A stretch of 64,000 nt of DNA from Methanotrichaceae archaeon (GTDB lineage: Archaea; Halobacteriota; Methanosarcinia; Methanotrichales; Methanotrichaceae), in NCBI GenBank assembly GCA_963748825.1, contig CAVVKN010000009.1, positions 128,001 through 192,000 on the forward strand, read 5' to 3'. The notes beneath the pieces are model-generated. The model searched no databases. It had not been told where the DNA came from and saw nothing but the letters and a program-made list of their open reading frames with translations. Below are positions 52,381 through 61,717 of this stretch, piece after piece. The translations under genes and the position numbers were made by a program. The first letter of the stretch is position 1. The number at the start of each line of letters is the position of its first letter.

Positions 52381-53334
52381 ATGTCAGGAGAATCTATGGG
52401 TGAAGGCATAAATGATCACACTCGATGCATCGTTGATCTGAGGCGCCACATGTGGATGGATGGCATCGAGGAGGAATTGCGGCGGCTAATCTGGCAGATT
52501 GCCGTGGTCGGCAAATATATTTCTGCAAAAATCCACGAATCCAACCGCAAGCTGGCCGGCTTCAAGAATGTTTACGGCGAGGATCAGTTGGCGCTGGACC
52601 GCATTTCCGACGACATATTGAAAAATATGCTACGGAACTCCGGATTTGTTCGCGAGTATGCCTCCGAGGAGCTCGAAGATATCGTCACCATCGGTCACGG
52701 GGAGGAAAAATATATTGTTACCGCCGATCCGGTGGACGGTTCTTCACTGGTAGATACTAATCTGGCCATCGGAACGATCATCGGCATCCACAAAAATTCA
52801 CTATTTGACACCGGCCGGAATTCAATGGTCGCCGCTCTTTATATTACTTACGGCCCGCTCATCACTATGATTTATTCGGCCGGAAAGGGGGTACATGAGT
52901 TTGTATTGGACCGCGAAGGAGAGTATGTCCTGTCCGAGGAAAATATCCGGCTCAAGGAGAAGGGGTCGATCTTTTCACCTGGCGGTCTGCGCAAGGACTG
53001 GACGGACAACCATCTGAAGTATATCGATAAGCTGGAGGCAGACGGCTACAAGCTGCGCTACAGCGGTGGGTTTGTTCCCGACATCAACCAGCTGATCATC
53101 AAGAGGGGGGGCATATTCACGTATCCTGCACTGAGGAAATCGCCCCAGGGGAAGCTGCGGTTGCTGTTTGAACTTCAGCCTATGGCCTTCATCGTGGAGC
53201 AGGCCGGCGGCAGGGCTACGGACGGGAAAGATGATATTCTTTCCCTCAAAGTGACGTCTGTTAATCAACGGTCACCCATCTACATCGGATCGTCTGCGGA
53301 AGTGGCAATGGCGGGGCAATTCCTCTCGCAATAA
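52381..53334 (+). CDS. fbp: Fructose-1,6-bisphosphatase class I
   Basis: GEDQLALD, SEE, DPVDGSS, RYSGGFVPD, GKLRLLFE. Confidence 0.93.
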   Translation: MSGESMGEGINDHTRCIVDLRRHMWMDGIEEELRRLIWQIAVVGKYISAKIHESNRKLAGFKNVYGEDQLALDRISDDILKNMLRNSGFVREYASEELEDIVTIGHGEEKYIVTADPVDGSSLVDTNLAIGTIIGIHKNSLFDTGRNSMVAALYITYGPLITMIYSAGKGVHEFVLDREGEYVLSEENIRLKEKGSIFSPGGLRKDWTDNHLKYIDKLEADGYKLRYSGGFVPDINQLIIKRGGIFTYPALRKSPQGKLRLLFELQPMAFIVEQAGGRATDGKDDILSLKVTSVNQRSPIYIGSSAEVAMAGQFLSQ

Positions 53335-53354
53335 ATACATTCAGAGGAGCAGCA

Positions 53355-54749
53355 ATGATTTACGAGAATAAGGATCAGCTAAAGAAAGGATGCAAATCCA
53401 TACTCGCCTATGACGGCAGTGATGTCCGTGTCTTGAATGAATCCAGGTTTCAGGAAAAGTTGATAGATGATTTAATCTATACGGTCGTTTTCAGTCCAGA
53501 CCCCGCAACTTCGCAGGCCGCAGGGTTTCTGATACGCCGGGGAGCAGCTTCGCTAGGAATCATGCAGGCGTCGATCCAATCCCTTTACGAAGCCATGGGC
53601 CGTAAGGAACTCGGCGGATTTACCGTTCCGGCAATCAATATCCGCGGCATTACCTACGATGTGGCGCAGGCAGTATTTCGCGGCGCGATCAAAGGGAATG
53701 TAGGGCCTGTTCTTTTTGAAATCGCCCGTTCGGAAATAGGCTATACAGAGCAAAGGCCGCTGGAATACACCTGTGCCGTGTTGGCGGCTGCTGTTAAATC
53801 CGGCTGGCGCGGCCCGGTATTTTTACAGGGCGATCATTTTCAGATAAACGCCAAAAAGTTCGCAGCGGACGCGGAAAAGGAAACTCAGACGGTTAAGGAT
53901 TTAATCAGGGAAGCGATTGTTGCCGGTTTTTACAATATCGACATCGATACATCTACACTGGTTGATCTGTCGCAGCCCACCGTCAAAGATCAGCAGAGAA
54001 CAAACTTTACGCTTGCTGCGGAGTTAACCACCATGATTCGCGATCAAGAGCCGGAAGGCATCACTGTGTCTGTGGGCGGCGAAATCGGCGAGGTTGGCGG
54101 CAAGAACAGCACTGTCGATGAATTGCAGGTTTTCATGAACGGTTATCTGGAAGAGCTTAAAAAGCGGGGCGAGGCGTTCAAGGGAATCAGCAAGATCAGC
54201 GTGCAGACCGGGACGACGCATGGCGGTGTGCCGCTGGCCGACGGTACGGTTGCGAAAGTCAAAATTGATTTTGACGTGCTGGCGAAACTGTCGGAAACCT
54301 CCCGTGCGCAATACGGTTTGTCCGGCGCCGTTCAGCACGGCGCTTCAACGCTGCCCGATGAGGCATTTGACCGCTTTCCCGCCACCGGAACGGCCGAGAT
54401 TCATCTGGCTACCGGTTTCCAGAACATGATCTATGACAGCAAAGCTTTCCCGGCGCAGCTGCGGGCAAAGATCTATGATCATCTGAAAGCCGACATGTTA
54501 GACGAATGGAAAGAGAAGGACACGGAAGAGCAGTTCATTTACAAAACCCGCAAGAAAGGCTTTGGACCGTTCAAACTGGAGCTGTGGCACCTGCCGACTG
54601 ATGTCCGCGATAAGATCTGCGCCGAGCTGGAGAGGCAATTCGCCTTTTTATTTGATAAGCTCAAAGTCAACGGCACCCGACCTATCCTGGATCAATTCAT
54701 CAAGCCGGTTGATGTGCCGCTGAAAATGCCCACGGCGCTGAAAGACTGA
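53355..54749 (+). CDS. fba: Class II fructose-bisphosphate aldolase (long bacterial-type)
   Basis: FLQGDHFQ, GGEIGEVGG, QTGTTHGG, VQHGAST, IHLATGFQ. Confidence 0.88.
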   Translation: MIYENKDQLKKGCKSILAYDGSDVRVLNESRFQEKLIDDLIYTVVFSPDPATSQAAGFLIRRGAASLGIMQASIQSLYEAMGRKELGGFTVPAINIRGITYDVAQAVFRGAIKGNVGPVLFEIARSEIGYTEQRPLEYTCAVLAAAVKSGWRGPVFLQGDHFQINAKKFAADAEKETQTVKDLIREAIVAGFYNIDIDTSTLVDLSQPTVKDQQRTNFTLAAELTTMIRDQEPEGITVSVGGEIGEVGGKNSTVDELQVFMNGYLEELKKRGEAFKGISKISVQTGTTHGGVPLADGTVAKVKIDFDVLAKLSETSRAQYGLSGAVQHGASTLPDEAFDRFPATGTAEIHLATGFQNMIYDSKAFPAQLRAKIYDHLKADMLDEWKEKDTEEQFIYKTRKKGFGPFKLELWHLPTDVRDKICAELERQFAFLFDKLKVNGTRPILDQFIKPVDVPLKMPTALKD

Positions 54750-54772
54750 AGCAATCGCAGAGTGACGCCATT

Positions 54773-54836
54773 AAGAAAGCGGCTATATTGGAGAAAAGTA
54801 CTGATGTTCCGGAAAATTCTCGGCCGCTTTCTTTTA
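54773..54836 (+). terminator. 11-bp inverted repeat ending in a T-run after fba
   Basis: AAGAAAGCGGC (54773-83) / GCCGCTTTCTT (54823-33). Confidence 0.55.
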
Positions 54837-55134
54837 TGAAAATCCACGGCCCTGTCCCAGGTGATAGTCAGATTTAATTTTCGTGTTTCCGTCTATCTGA
54901 AGCTGAATTGGATGCGGGACTCAAAGAACTCCTCGCTATATTCGATAAAGCTGGAAGCTACCCAAAGGGCAGAGGAGCAGATCAAGATCAAATCCCTGGA
55001 TGTATCGAAAAGGAGTATATAAAGTCCAAACACTCAGGACTGCACACGATTAGGCTTAAGACTCAAAAGCCATAATATAACACTTAATAAAGACAATCTG
55101 CGATATTCGCCAAAGGGCATCAGATGGGATTGAG

Positions 55135-56250
55135 ATGACAAAGATAACAATCAGCCTTATAAAGGCCGATGTGGGCGGCTATCCCGGCCACTCCTCGGTC
55201 CATCCCGCATTGATCGAGACTGCGGAGTCGAAACTCGAACAGGCCAAGAAGTCCGGCGCACTGATAGACTTTAGAGTGCTTGCCTGCGGCGATGACCTGG
55301 AGCTTCTCATGAGCCACAAGAAGGGCTGCGACAACGGCGAGGTGCATGCTCTGGCCTGGGAGACCTTCGAAGAGGCCACTGAGGTTGCCAAGAAGCTAAA
55401 GCTCTACGGTGCCGGGCAGGACCTTTTGGCGGACGCCTTTTCCGGCAACATTCGCGGTATGGGACCGGGCGTGGCGGAGATGGAGATCAATGAGCGCACC
55501 AGCGAACCGGTGGTCGCTTTCATGATGGACAAGACCGAGCCAGGGGCCTTCAATCTGCCCATCTTCAAGATGTTCGCCGACCCCTTCAACACCGCCGGCC
55601 TGGTGATAGATCCCGCCTGCCACCACGGCTTCACCTTTGAGGTCTGGGATATTCAGGAGCACAAGAAGGTCTTCATAGACTGTCCTGGAGAGATGTACGA
55701 CCTGCTGGCTCTCATTGGCGCGAAGAGCCGCTATGTGATCAAGAGGATCTTTTGCAAGCCGAACAGCAAGATCTCCGAGCAGGAAGCTGTGGCCGTAGTG
55801 AGCACGGAGAAGCTGTACCAGACAGCGGGAACATACGTTGGCAAAGATGATCCCGTGGCTCTGGTGCGCTGCCAGTCTGGCCTGCCTGCCTTGGGAGAGG
55901 TGCTGGAGCCCTTCGCGCTGGGGCACCTGGTAAGCGGATGGATGCGCGGCAGCCACAACGGCCCCCTCATGCCCTGCTCTTTTGAGACAGCTCATCCCAC
56001 CCGGTTTGACGGCCCGCCCAGAGTTATTGCCGCCGGCTTCCAGATGGCATACGGAAACTTCGTGGGTCCCGTCGATCTCTTCAAAGATGTGGCCTTCGAC
56101 CTGACAAGGCAGAGGTGTCTGGAAATCACTGATTACATGAGGGCGCACGGCCCCTTCGAACCGGCGCGTCTTCCCATGGAGGATATGGAGTACACCACGC
56201 TCCCCCATGTCATGAAAGTCCTGGCGAAAAGGTTTGTGAATGTGGAATAA
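55135..56250 (+). CDS. Bifunctional fructose-1,6-bisphosphate aldolase/phosphatase (FBPase class V)
   Basis: IKADVGG.PGH, GDDL, YGAGQDLL, DKTEPGAFN, YVGKDDP, GWMRGSH, RFDGPPR. Confidence 0.95.
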   Translation: MTKITISLIKADVGGYPGHSSVHPALIETAESKLEQAKKSGALIDFRVLACGDDLELLMSHKKGCDNGEVHALAWETFEEATEVAKKLKLYGAGQDLLADAFSGNIRGMGPGVAEMEINERTSEPVVAFMMDKTEPGAFNLPIFKMFADPFNTAGLVIDPACHHGFTFEVWDIQEHKKVFIDCPGEMYDLLALIGAKSRYVIKRIFCKPNSKISEQEAVAVVSTEKLYQTAGTYVGKDDPVALVRCQSGLPALGEVLEPFALGHLVSGWMRGSHNGPLMPCSFETAHPTRFDGPPRVIAAGFQMAYGNFVGPVDLFKDVAFDLTRQRCLEITDYMRAHGPFEPARLPMEDMEYTTLPHVMKVLAKRFVNVE

Positions 56251-56351
56251 CTGCTTCGCGAACATTATTTTATTTTCATCTAAGAAATTTATTATAATTT
56301 TTGCCAAAGCCAATACAGATCGCAATGATAGGCATGCAACGGGTGAACGTG

Positions 56352-57236
56352 ATGAACCTCCCTGAAAGTGATGTTAGGCTTTTTTTCCGTCTGTATCATT
56401 CATTATTACTTTATGTGAATAACAGATATAAAATTCTGGAAGGCCTGCATCGCCCGATAGATCTTCATAAATTGGATCTCGATGATCTGCAAAAGTTGAA
56501 GGATAGATTGTATGGCTCTCCTGACCTGATCGACTCTTTTGTCAAGGATAATCCGGAGAATCTCGCATCCGGGGAGCTAGAAATTGTATTAACCTGGAAG
56601 AATTTTGTCAGGGGCAGGTTCTATATCGTTCGCCATCTGAAGAATTTCACAGTATTCCTAGATTCTAGCCGTCCACCCAGGGCATATGGGGTACTGGGTA
56701 TTATCTCTTCTCTTGAGGAGATGATGGGTCCAAGTCTGCCGAAAATAGTTACTGCTACTCTCCTTCCGCTTAAAAACCAGATCATATATGACGGAACACT
56801 GTCGTCTTTCAATATCATATTTGGTAGTGGCATACGCAGGAACATCGACGACTCTTATCGCCAGGCTAAAAGCATGGGAATAATTACGACTCTGCCCGTA
56901 TCTTCGGAAGATTTCAAATCGGACGATTCCGAGATACTGAGAGGACATCTAAAAACCGAATATAGCAGGGACGTGCATCATGAGGAAATACGGGAACTAA
57001 TCGGCAAAAATCCCGACCTCATAGTCGTATATTGTGAAGAGATGGGCAAGGTTCATGCGAGAGCTTATAGAAAAAGTTTGAAAGCTGCGGGCATAGTTGA
57101 GGGCTGGTTTGCCCTGATTGATGGGATGATAATTGCCGGTGGAAAAACGCAGGAAGAGGTTGAAAGAATTTTGAAGTCTTTGCTGCCCCCTGAGAAGATA
57201 AAGCTTGTTTACATTTTCCATCTAAACGCGAAATGA
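56352..57236 (+). CDS. Hypothetical protein
   Basis: Long ORF with GGGTGA SD; LLP..NQIIYDG motif; lower GC than its neighbours. Confidence 0.75.
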   Translation: MNLPESDVRLFFRLYHSLLLYVNNRYKILEGLHRPIDLHKLDLDDLQKLKDRLYGSPDLIDSFVKDNPENLASGELEIVLTWKNFVRGRFYIVRHLKNFTVFLDSSRPPRAYGVLGIISSLEEMMGPSLPKIVTATLLPLKNQIIYDGTLSSFNIIFGSGIRRNIDDSYRQAKSMGIITTLPVSSEDFKSDDSEILRGHLKTEYSRDVHHEEIRELIGKNPDLIVVYCEEMGKVHARAYRKSLKAAGIVEGWFALIDGMIIAGGKTQEEVERILKSLLPPEKIKLVYIFHLNAK

Positions 57237-57403
57237 TCCGCCACTTAGCGCGTCTGTCAAGCACAAGCGAAGCACAGAGATAACGACCGTCCAAATTCCT
57301 GATATCTTCCCGCATCAATATCCCAGACCACCAAGCCTGCGGCTTTTATAGTTTGGCTACTAATAGATAAGAAAAGTTATTCTTGCCGGGAGTGGATCAT
57401 GAG

Positions 57404-57919
57404 ATGATAGAGAGCCAGGCTGCAGAAGAGATAGAAGAAGCAGAGGTCAGGCCAGCCCTTGAGCCAGTCGAGAAAGATGCGGCCACGCCAGCGAAGCCCA
57501 GGAAGCTCCGCCGCCTCAAGGTAGCCCATCCCGAGCGCTGCATCGGCTGCCTGGGCTGCATGTTCGCTTGCAGCCGGATTCGTACTGGAACGGTCTCCCT
57601 GCAGAACAGCGCCATCAAGGTGCAGACGCAGGGCGGAATTGAAGGCGACTTTCGCGTGGTGGTCTGCCGCGGATGCAGCGACCCCCCCTGTGCCCGGGCT
57701 TGCCCCACGGGTGCCATGGAGAAGAGGCCGGACGGCAGGGTGGTCTTCCACAAAGAGCTATGCACCGGCTGCGGCAACTGCGAAAAGGCCTGCCTGATAG
57801 GTGCGATCTCTCTTGGCAAGGAGAAAATGCCCATCAAATGCATACACTGCGGTGCCTGCGTGGACTTCTGCCCGCATGGCGTGCTCGAGCTTGAGGAGGT
57901 TCCCGTTTCGGGAGGATGA
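57404..57919 (+). CDS. 4Fe-4S polyferredoxin subunit of oxidoreductase
   Basis: Four Cys groups: CIGCLGCMFAC, CRGC...C...CP, CTGCGNC...C, CIHCGACVDFCP. Confidence 0.9.
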   Translation: MIESQAAEEIEEAEVRPALEPVEKDAATPAKPRKLRRLKVAHPERCIGCLGCMFACSRIRTGTVSLQNSAIKVQTQGGIEGDFRVVVCRGCSDPPCARACPTGAMEKRPDGRVVFHKELCTGCGNCEKACLIGAISLGKEKMPIKCIHCGACVDFCPHGVLELEEVPVSGG

Positions 57920-59658
57920 AAATGCTGCGAAAGGTTTTGTACATCGATCTGTCCAGAGGAGAGTCCTGGGCGGAGGAGAAGCAGGAGCTCTTCGAGAACT
58001 GGATGGGTGGAACGGGCGTGGGAATAAAGCTCCTCCAGGAGGAGTGCCCCGCTGGCACCGACCCGCTCTCGCCCCAGGCGCCCATAATCCTGTCCATCGG
58101 CCCATTGAACGGCATCTTTCCCGTAGCCACCAAGACTGTGGCCACCTTTAAATCGCCCCTTACTGGTGAATTTGGCGAATCCTATGCAGGAGGCAGGCTC
58201 TCTTTAGCCTTGAGGTTTGCCGGGCACGAAGCAGTGGTCATCCGCGGCCAGGCAGAGCAGCCTTCTTACATCTCCATTAACGATTCAGATGTAAAGATCA
58301 AGGATGCCACATCGATCTGGGGCATCGATGCTCAGACGACAGGCGTGATCCTGCGCGATCGCGAGAGCGGCGTAGGTCGCAGGTCTATCATTCGCATCGG
58401 CCCGGCTGGAGAGGCCGGGGTAAGATACGCGGGAGTGGTGGTGGACACCTACCGTCACTTCGGGCGACTGGGCCTTGGCGCGATCTTCGGCTCCAAGAAA
58501 CTCAAAGCCATGGTGATCTCGGGAACGGAGACGATCGATGTTCCGGATATCAAGCGTTACAAAGAGATCTACAATCGGCTCTACAAGACCACGGTGCAGA
58601 CGGATGTCATGGAGAAGTACCATGATCTCGGAACTTCGGTGAACATCAACGTCCTCAACTGGCTCAAGGGACTGCCTACCAAAAACTTCGTTCTATCCAG
58701 CTTTCCGGAAGGCGAAAAGATCAGTGGGGAGATGTTCGCGGAGAACCAGCTCTTCCGCAGGCTCTCATGCGCCGGATGCCCCATCGGTTGTGTGCATATC
58801 GCCTCTCTGAAGACGGCCTTTTCCAAGCATCACGAATTCGAGGTAAGAAAGGTCTCCTACGATTACGAGCCCATCTATTCCCTGGGATCTAACCTTGGTG
58901 TCGGCTCAGCTGACGGAGTCTTGCAGCTGATCGATGTCTGCGAGAGGTTGGGCCTGGATGTCATGTCGGCGGGAGTGGTCCTCTCCTGGGCCACCGAGGC
59001 TCTGGAAAAGGGGCTCATCACCAGCAAAGATACAATGGAGGTGCCGCTGCAGTGGAACGGCGTGGAAGGCTACACAAGAGCATTGGAGAACATAGCCAGG
59101 GCCCCCAATGAGTTCTACGCCGCTCTTGCCCGGGGCGTAGACTATGCCGCGAAAAAGTACGGCGGCGTGGAGTATGCCATGGCGTTAGGAGGTAACGAGG
59201 TCTCCGGTTACCATACCGGTCCTGCCTCCATCGTGGGCCAGTTGGTGGGCGTGCGCCACTCTCATCTGGACAACGGAGGATATGCTATCGACCAGAAGGC
59301 AGTCAAAAAGCCCATGGACGCAGAGACGATGGTCGATGAGATCATCAAAGAGGACAATTCCCGCGGCGTCTTCAACTCCCTGGTGGGCTGTTTGTTCGCC
59401 CGCGGAGTTTACACCGAGGAGAACATCATCGACTCTTTGGGAGCGGTGGGCATCTGGAAGACAAAGGAAGATCTTCAGGAGCTGGGCAAAAGAATCTTCG
59501 AAGAGAAATATAAATTCAAGGTCCAGGAGGGTTTCGACCTCTCCCGCGCCCGCATTCCCAAGAGGTTCTATGAGACAGTCTCTTCCGCGGGATTGGTAAC
59601 GCCTGAAACGGTAGAGGAGATGCTCAGGCTTTACCGGAAGAAGAGAGGCTGGAGCTAG
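57916..59658 (+). CDS. Aldehyde:ferredoxin oxidoreductase family (W/Mo-pterin) large subunit
   Basis: KSPLTG...S.AGG, IGPAGE, GR.GLGA.FGSKKLKA, CAGCPIGC, DYE, C..LG.D. Confidence 0.92.
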   Translation: MKMLRKVLYIDLSRGESWAEEKQELFENWMGGTGVGIKLLQEECPAGTDPLSPQAPIILSIGPLNGIFPVATKTVATFKSPLTGEFGESYAGGRLSLALRFAGHEAVVIRGQAEQPSYISINDSDVKIKDATSIWGIDAQTTGVILRDRESGVGRRSIIRIGPAGEAGVRYAGVVVDTYRHFGRLGLGAIFGSKKLKAMVISGTETIDVPDIKRYKEIYNRLYKTTVQTDVMEKYHDLGTSVNINVLNWLKGLPTKNFVLSSFPEGEKISGEMFAENQLFRRLSCAGCPIGCVHIASLKTAFSKHHEFEVRKVSYDYEPIYSLGSNLGVGSADGVLQLIDVCERLGLDVMSAGVVLSWATEALEKGLITSKDTMEVPLQWNGVEGYTRALENIARAPNEFYAALARGVDYAAKKYGGVEYAMALGGNEVSGYHTGPASIVGQLVGVRHSHLDNGGYAIDQKAVKKPMDAETMVDEIIKEDNSRGVFNSLVGCLFARGVYTEENIIDSLGAVGIWKTKEDLQELGKRIFEEKYKFKVQEGFDLSRARIPKRFYETVSSAGLVTPETVEEMLRLYRKKRGWS

Positions 59659-60396
59659 CTACTCTGCGCCGCCTTCCTCGGGCATGGGCATCGCCCTGTC
59701 CTTCTTTTTTGAGGCCTTCGCGGATTTCTTTGCTCCTGTCGCGGCCCTCTTGGGCTCTATTTTCATTTCTTCAGGGGCATTTTCCGGCAGCTCCTTTCTG
59801 CGATCCCTGATCATGCCCTTCCTCTCCATCCTCTCCTTGATCATTCTCTTCACCTCGCCCTCTCCCACTGAGAAGACCTCGCTGATCAGCTCCATGGCCA
59901 CCTCCAGCTCCCGGCCCACCAGCGGATCGCTGGAAGCACACCGGCCTGCCAGATCGCATAGATGATCAAGGGGCTTTTCTACCAGCTCCGATGAGTATTT
60001 GTCCGGCACCTCCCGGTAGATTTTGAGCATTCCAAAGATGTAAGGATAGAGGGGTGTTGCCGGACTTATCCGGTAGAAGGTGTTGGTCTTTTTTTTAGCC
60101 TCATCGCGGGGCGAGGGAAGTATTCGGCGCTCCATGGTGACGATCTCCAGGCGCTCTAGCTTGTCCAGCTTGTTGATGAGAGTGGTCTGGTTCCAGAAGG
60201 GGCCGCCTCCGGTGGGTCCATTCTCCCGCCAGATCTGATTTAGCTGTACGTACCCTCCCTTTCGCTTCAGGTAGATCAAAAGAATGGCCAAAGGAGCTTG
60301 ATCGCGCTGAAGGGCACAATAACGGATGAACTCATCCAACATGCACGTACCTGTTATGTGCAACTCTAAAGCATTTTCGCTTTCTTTACAAAGCAT
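59659..60396 (-). CDS. Hypothetical protein with probable winged-helix domain
   Basis: LLIYL...TTLINKLDKLE.LEIV......TFYRI pattern; basic tail. Confidence 0.6.
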   Translation of the reverse strand: MLCKESENALELHITGTCMLDEFIRYCALQRDQAPLAILLIYLKRKGGYVQLNQIWRENGPTGGGPFWNQTTLINKLDKLERLEIVTMERRILPSPRDEAKKKTNTFYRISPATPLYPYIFGMLKIYREVPDKYSSELVEKPLDHLCDLAGRCASSDPLVGRELEVAMELISEVFSVGEGEVKRMIKERMERKGMIRDRRKELPENAPEEMKIEPKRAATGAKKSAKASKKKDRAMPMPEEGGAE

Positions 60397-60434
60397 TTTT
60401 ATGCCTTTGTCTCCCTCCGCTCAAGGGAGTCACA

Positions 60435-61640
60435 ATGCAAGCCATAGTCCTAGCCGCAGGCGAGGGAAGCCGCATGCGCCCCTTGACCACGAAGATGCCC
60501 AAGGTGATGCTGCCCGTAGCCGGCAAGCCTCTGTTAGAGCATATAATCCTGCGCACTCATGCCGCAGGCGCGGACCGTTTCGTGCTGGTGGTAGGATACG
60601 GGGCCGAAAGTGTGCGCTCGTACTTCGGAGACGGCAGCCTTCTGGGCTTAAATATAAACTACGTGGTCCAGGATAAGCAACTAGGCACCGGCCACGCCCT
60701 GATGACTGCCGAGAGCCTGGCAGAGGATCGCTTCCTGGTTTTAAACGGTGATGTGCTGCCTGATGTGCAGTCGCTGCTGGAGATGGCCCGCGGAGACGCG
60801 GCCGTCTCTGCCATCAAGGTCGACGATCCAAAAAGATATGGAGTTTTCACAGAGGAGAACGGTTACTTCAAATCCGTGGTCGAGAAGAGTGCCAATCCCC
60901 CCTCCAACCTGGCCAATGCCGGCATCTACCTTTTAGAGAGAAGCATCTTCGATATCCTGCGAGCAGTACCTCTGTCCGAGCGAGGCGAGTATGAGCTGAC
61001 CGATGGGCTCAACCTGCTCGCCGCCAGAGAAAAGATCAGGATAGTGGAAAATAAAAGCTGGCTGGAGATCGGCAGGCCCTGGGATATTCTGGCCGCCAAC
61101 GAAATCATGCTCCCGGATATCGAGCCCTGCATCTTAGGCGAGGTTGAGCCTGGCGCGAATTTGTTGGGCAACGTATCCTTGGGCCGGGGCAGCATCGTGC
61201 GCTCCGGAGCCTACATCGTGGGCCCGGTTTTGATCGGAGAGGACTGCGACATCGGACCCAACTGCTACATCCGGCCCGCTACCTGCCTGGGGGACAACGT
61301 ACGGGTGGGAAACGCAGTGGAGGTCAAAAACAGCGCCATCATGAGCGGTAGCAAGATAGGGCACCTCTCCTACGTGGGAGACAGCGTTATCGGAGAGAGG
61401 TGCAACTTCGGAGCAGGAACCGTATGCTCCAATTTGCGCCATGACAAAGGCAACATAAAATCGTTCGTCAAAGGCGAACGAATGGATAGCGGCAGGCGCA
61501 AATTGGGCGTGATCATGGGAGACAATGTCATGACCGGGATCAATACCTCGATCTACCCCGGCACAGTCATCGAATCGGGGTTCCGGGGACTGCCGGCTGC
61601 TATTCACAAGGACCTGGTCTTTTTTAAAAGAGAAGGCTGA
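60435..61640 (+). CDS. glmU: Bifunctional sugar-1-phosphate nucleotidylyltransferase/acetyltransferase (archaeal GlmU-like)
   Basis: LAAGEGSRMRPLT..PK, QLGT.HA, EK, S.RGEYELTD, hexapeptide repeats, HLSYVGDS. Confidence 0.9.
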   Translation: MQAIVLAAGEGSRMRPLTTKMPKVMLPVAGKPLLEHIILRTHAAGADRFVLVVGYGAESVRSYFGDGSLLGLNINYVVQDKQLGTGHALMTAESLAEDRFLVLNGDVLPDVQSLLEMARGDAAVSAIKVDDPKRYGVFTEENGYFKSVVEKSANPPSNLANAGIYLLERSIFDILRAVPLSERGEYELTDGLNLLAAREKIRIVENKSWLEIGRPWDILAANEIMLPDIEPCILGEVEPGANLLGNVSLGRGSIVRSGAYIVGPVLIGEDCDIGPNCYIRPATCLGDNVRVGNAVEVKNSAIMSGSKIGHLSYVGDSVIGERCNFGAGTVCSNLRHDKGNIKSFVKGERMDSGRRKLGVIMGDNVMTGINTSIYPGTVIESGFRGLPAAIHKDLVFFKREG

Positions 61641-61717
61641 TTACAACAAACCTTTTCAAGGCAAAGGATGAGCATAGAAATGGTAATGATGAAGATCACA
61701 GCTTTGAGGAGAACTTG

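Noticed and set aside
52189-54477. fba fragment and gene as a DGR template/variable repeat pair
   Set aside because: Mismatches are not adenine-specific and there is no reverse transcriptase in the window.
54860-55030. Possible gene fragment after fba
   Set aside because: Short, with no clear start or recognisable family.
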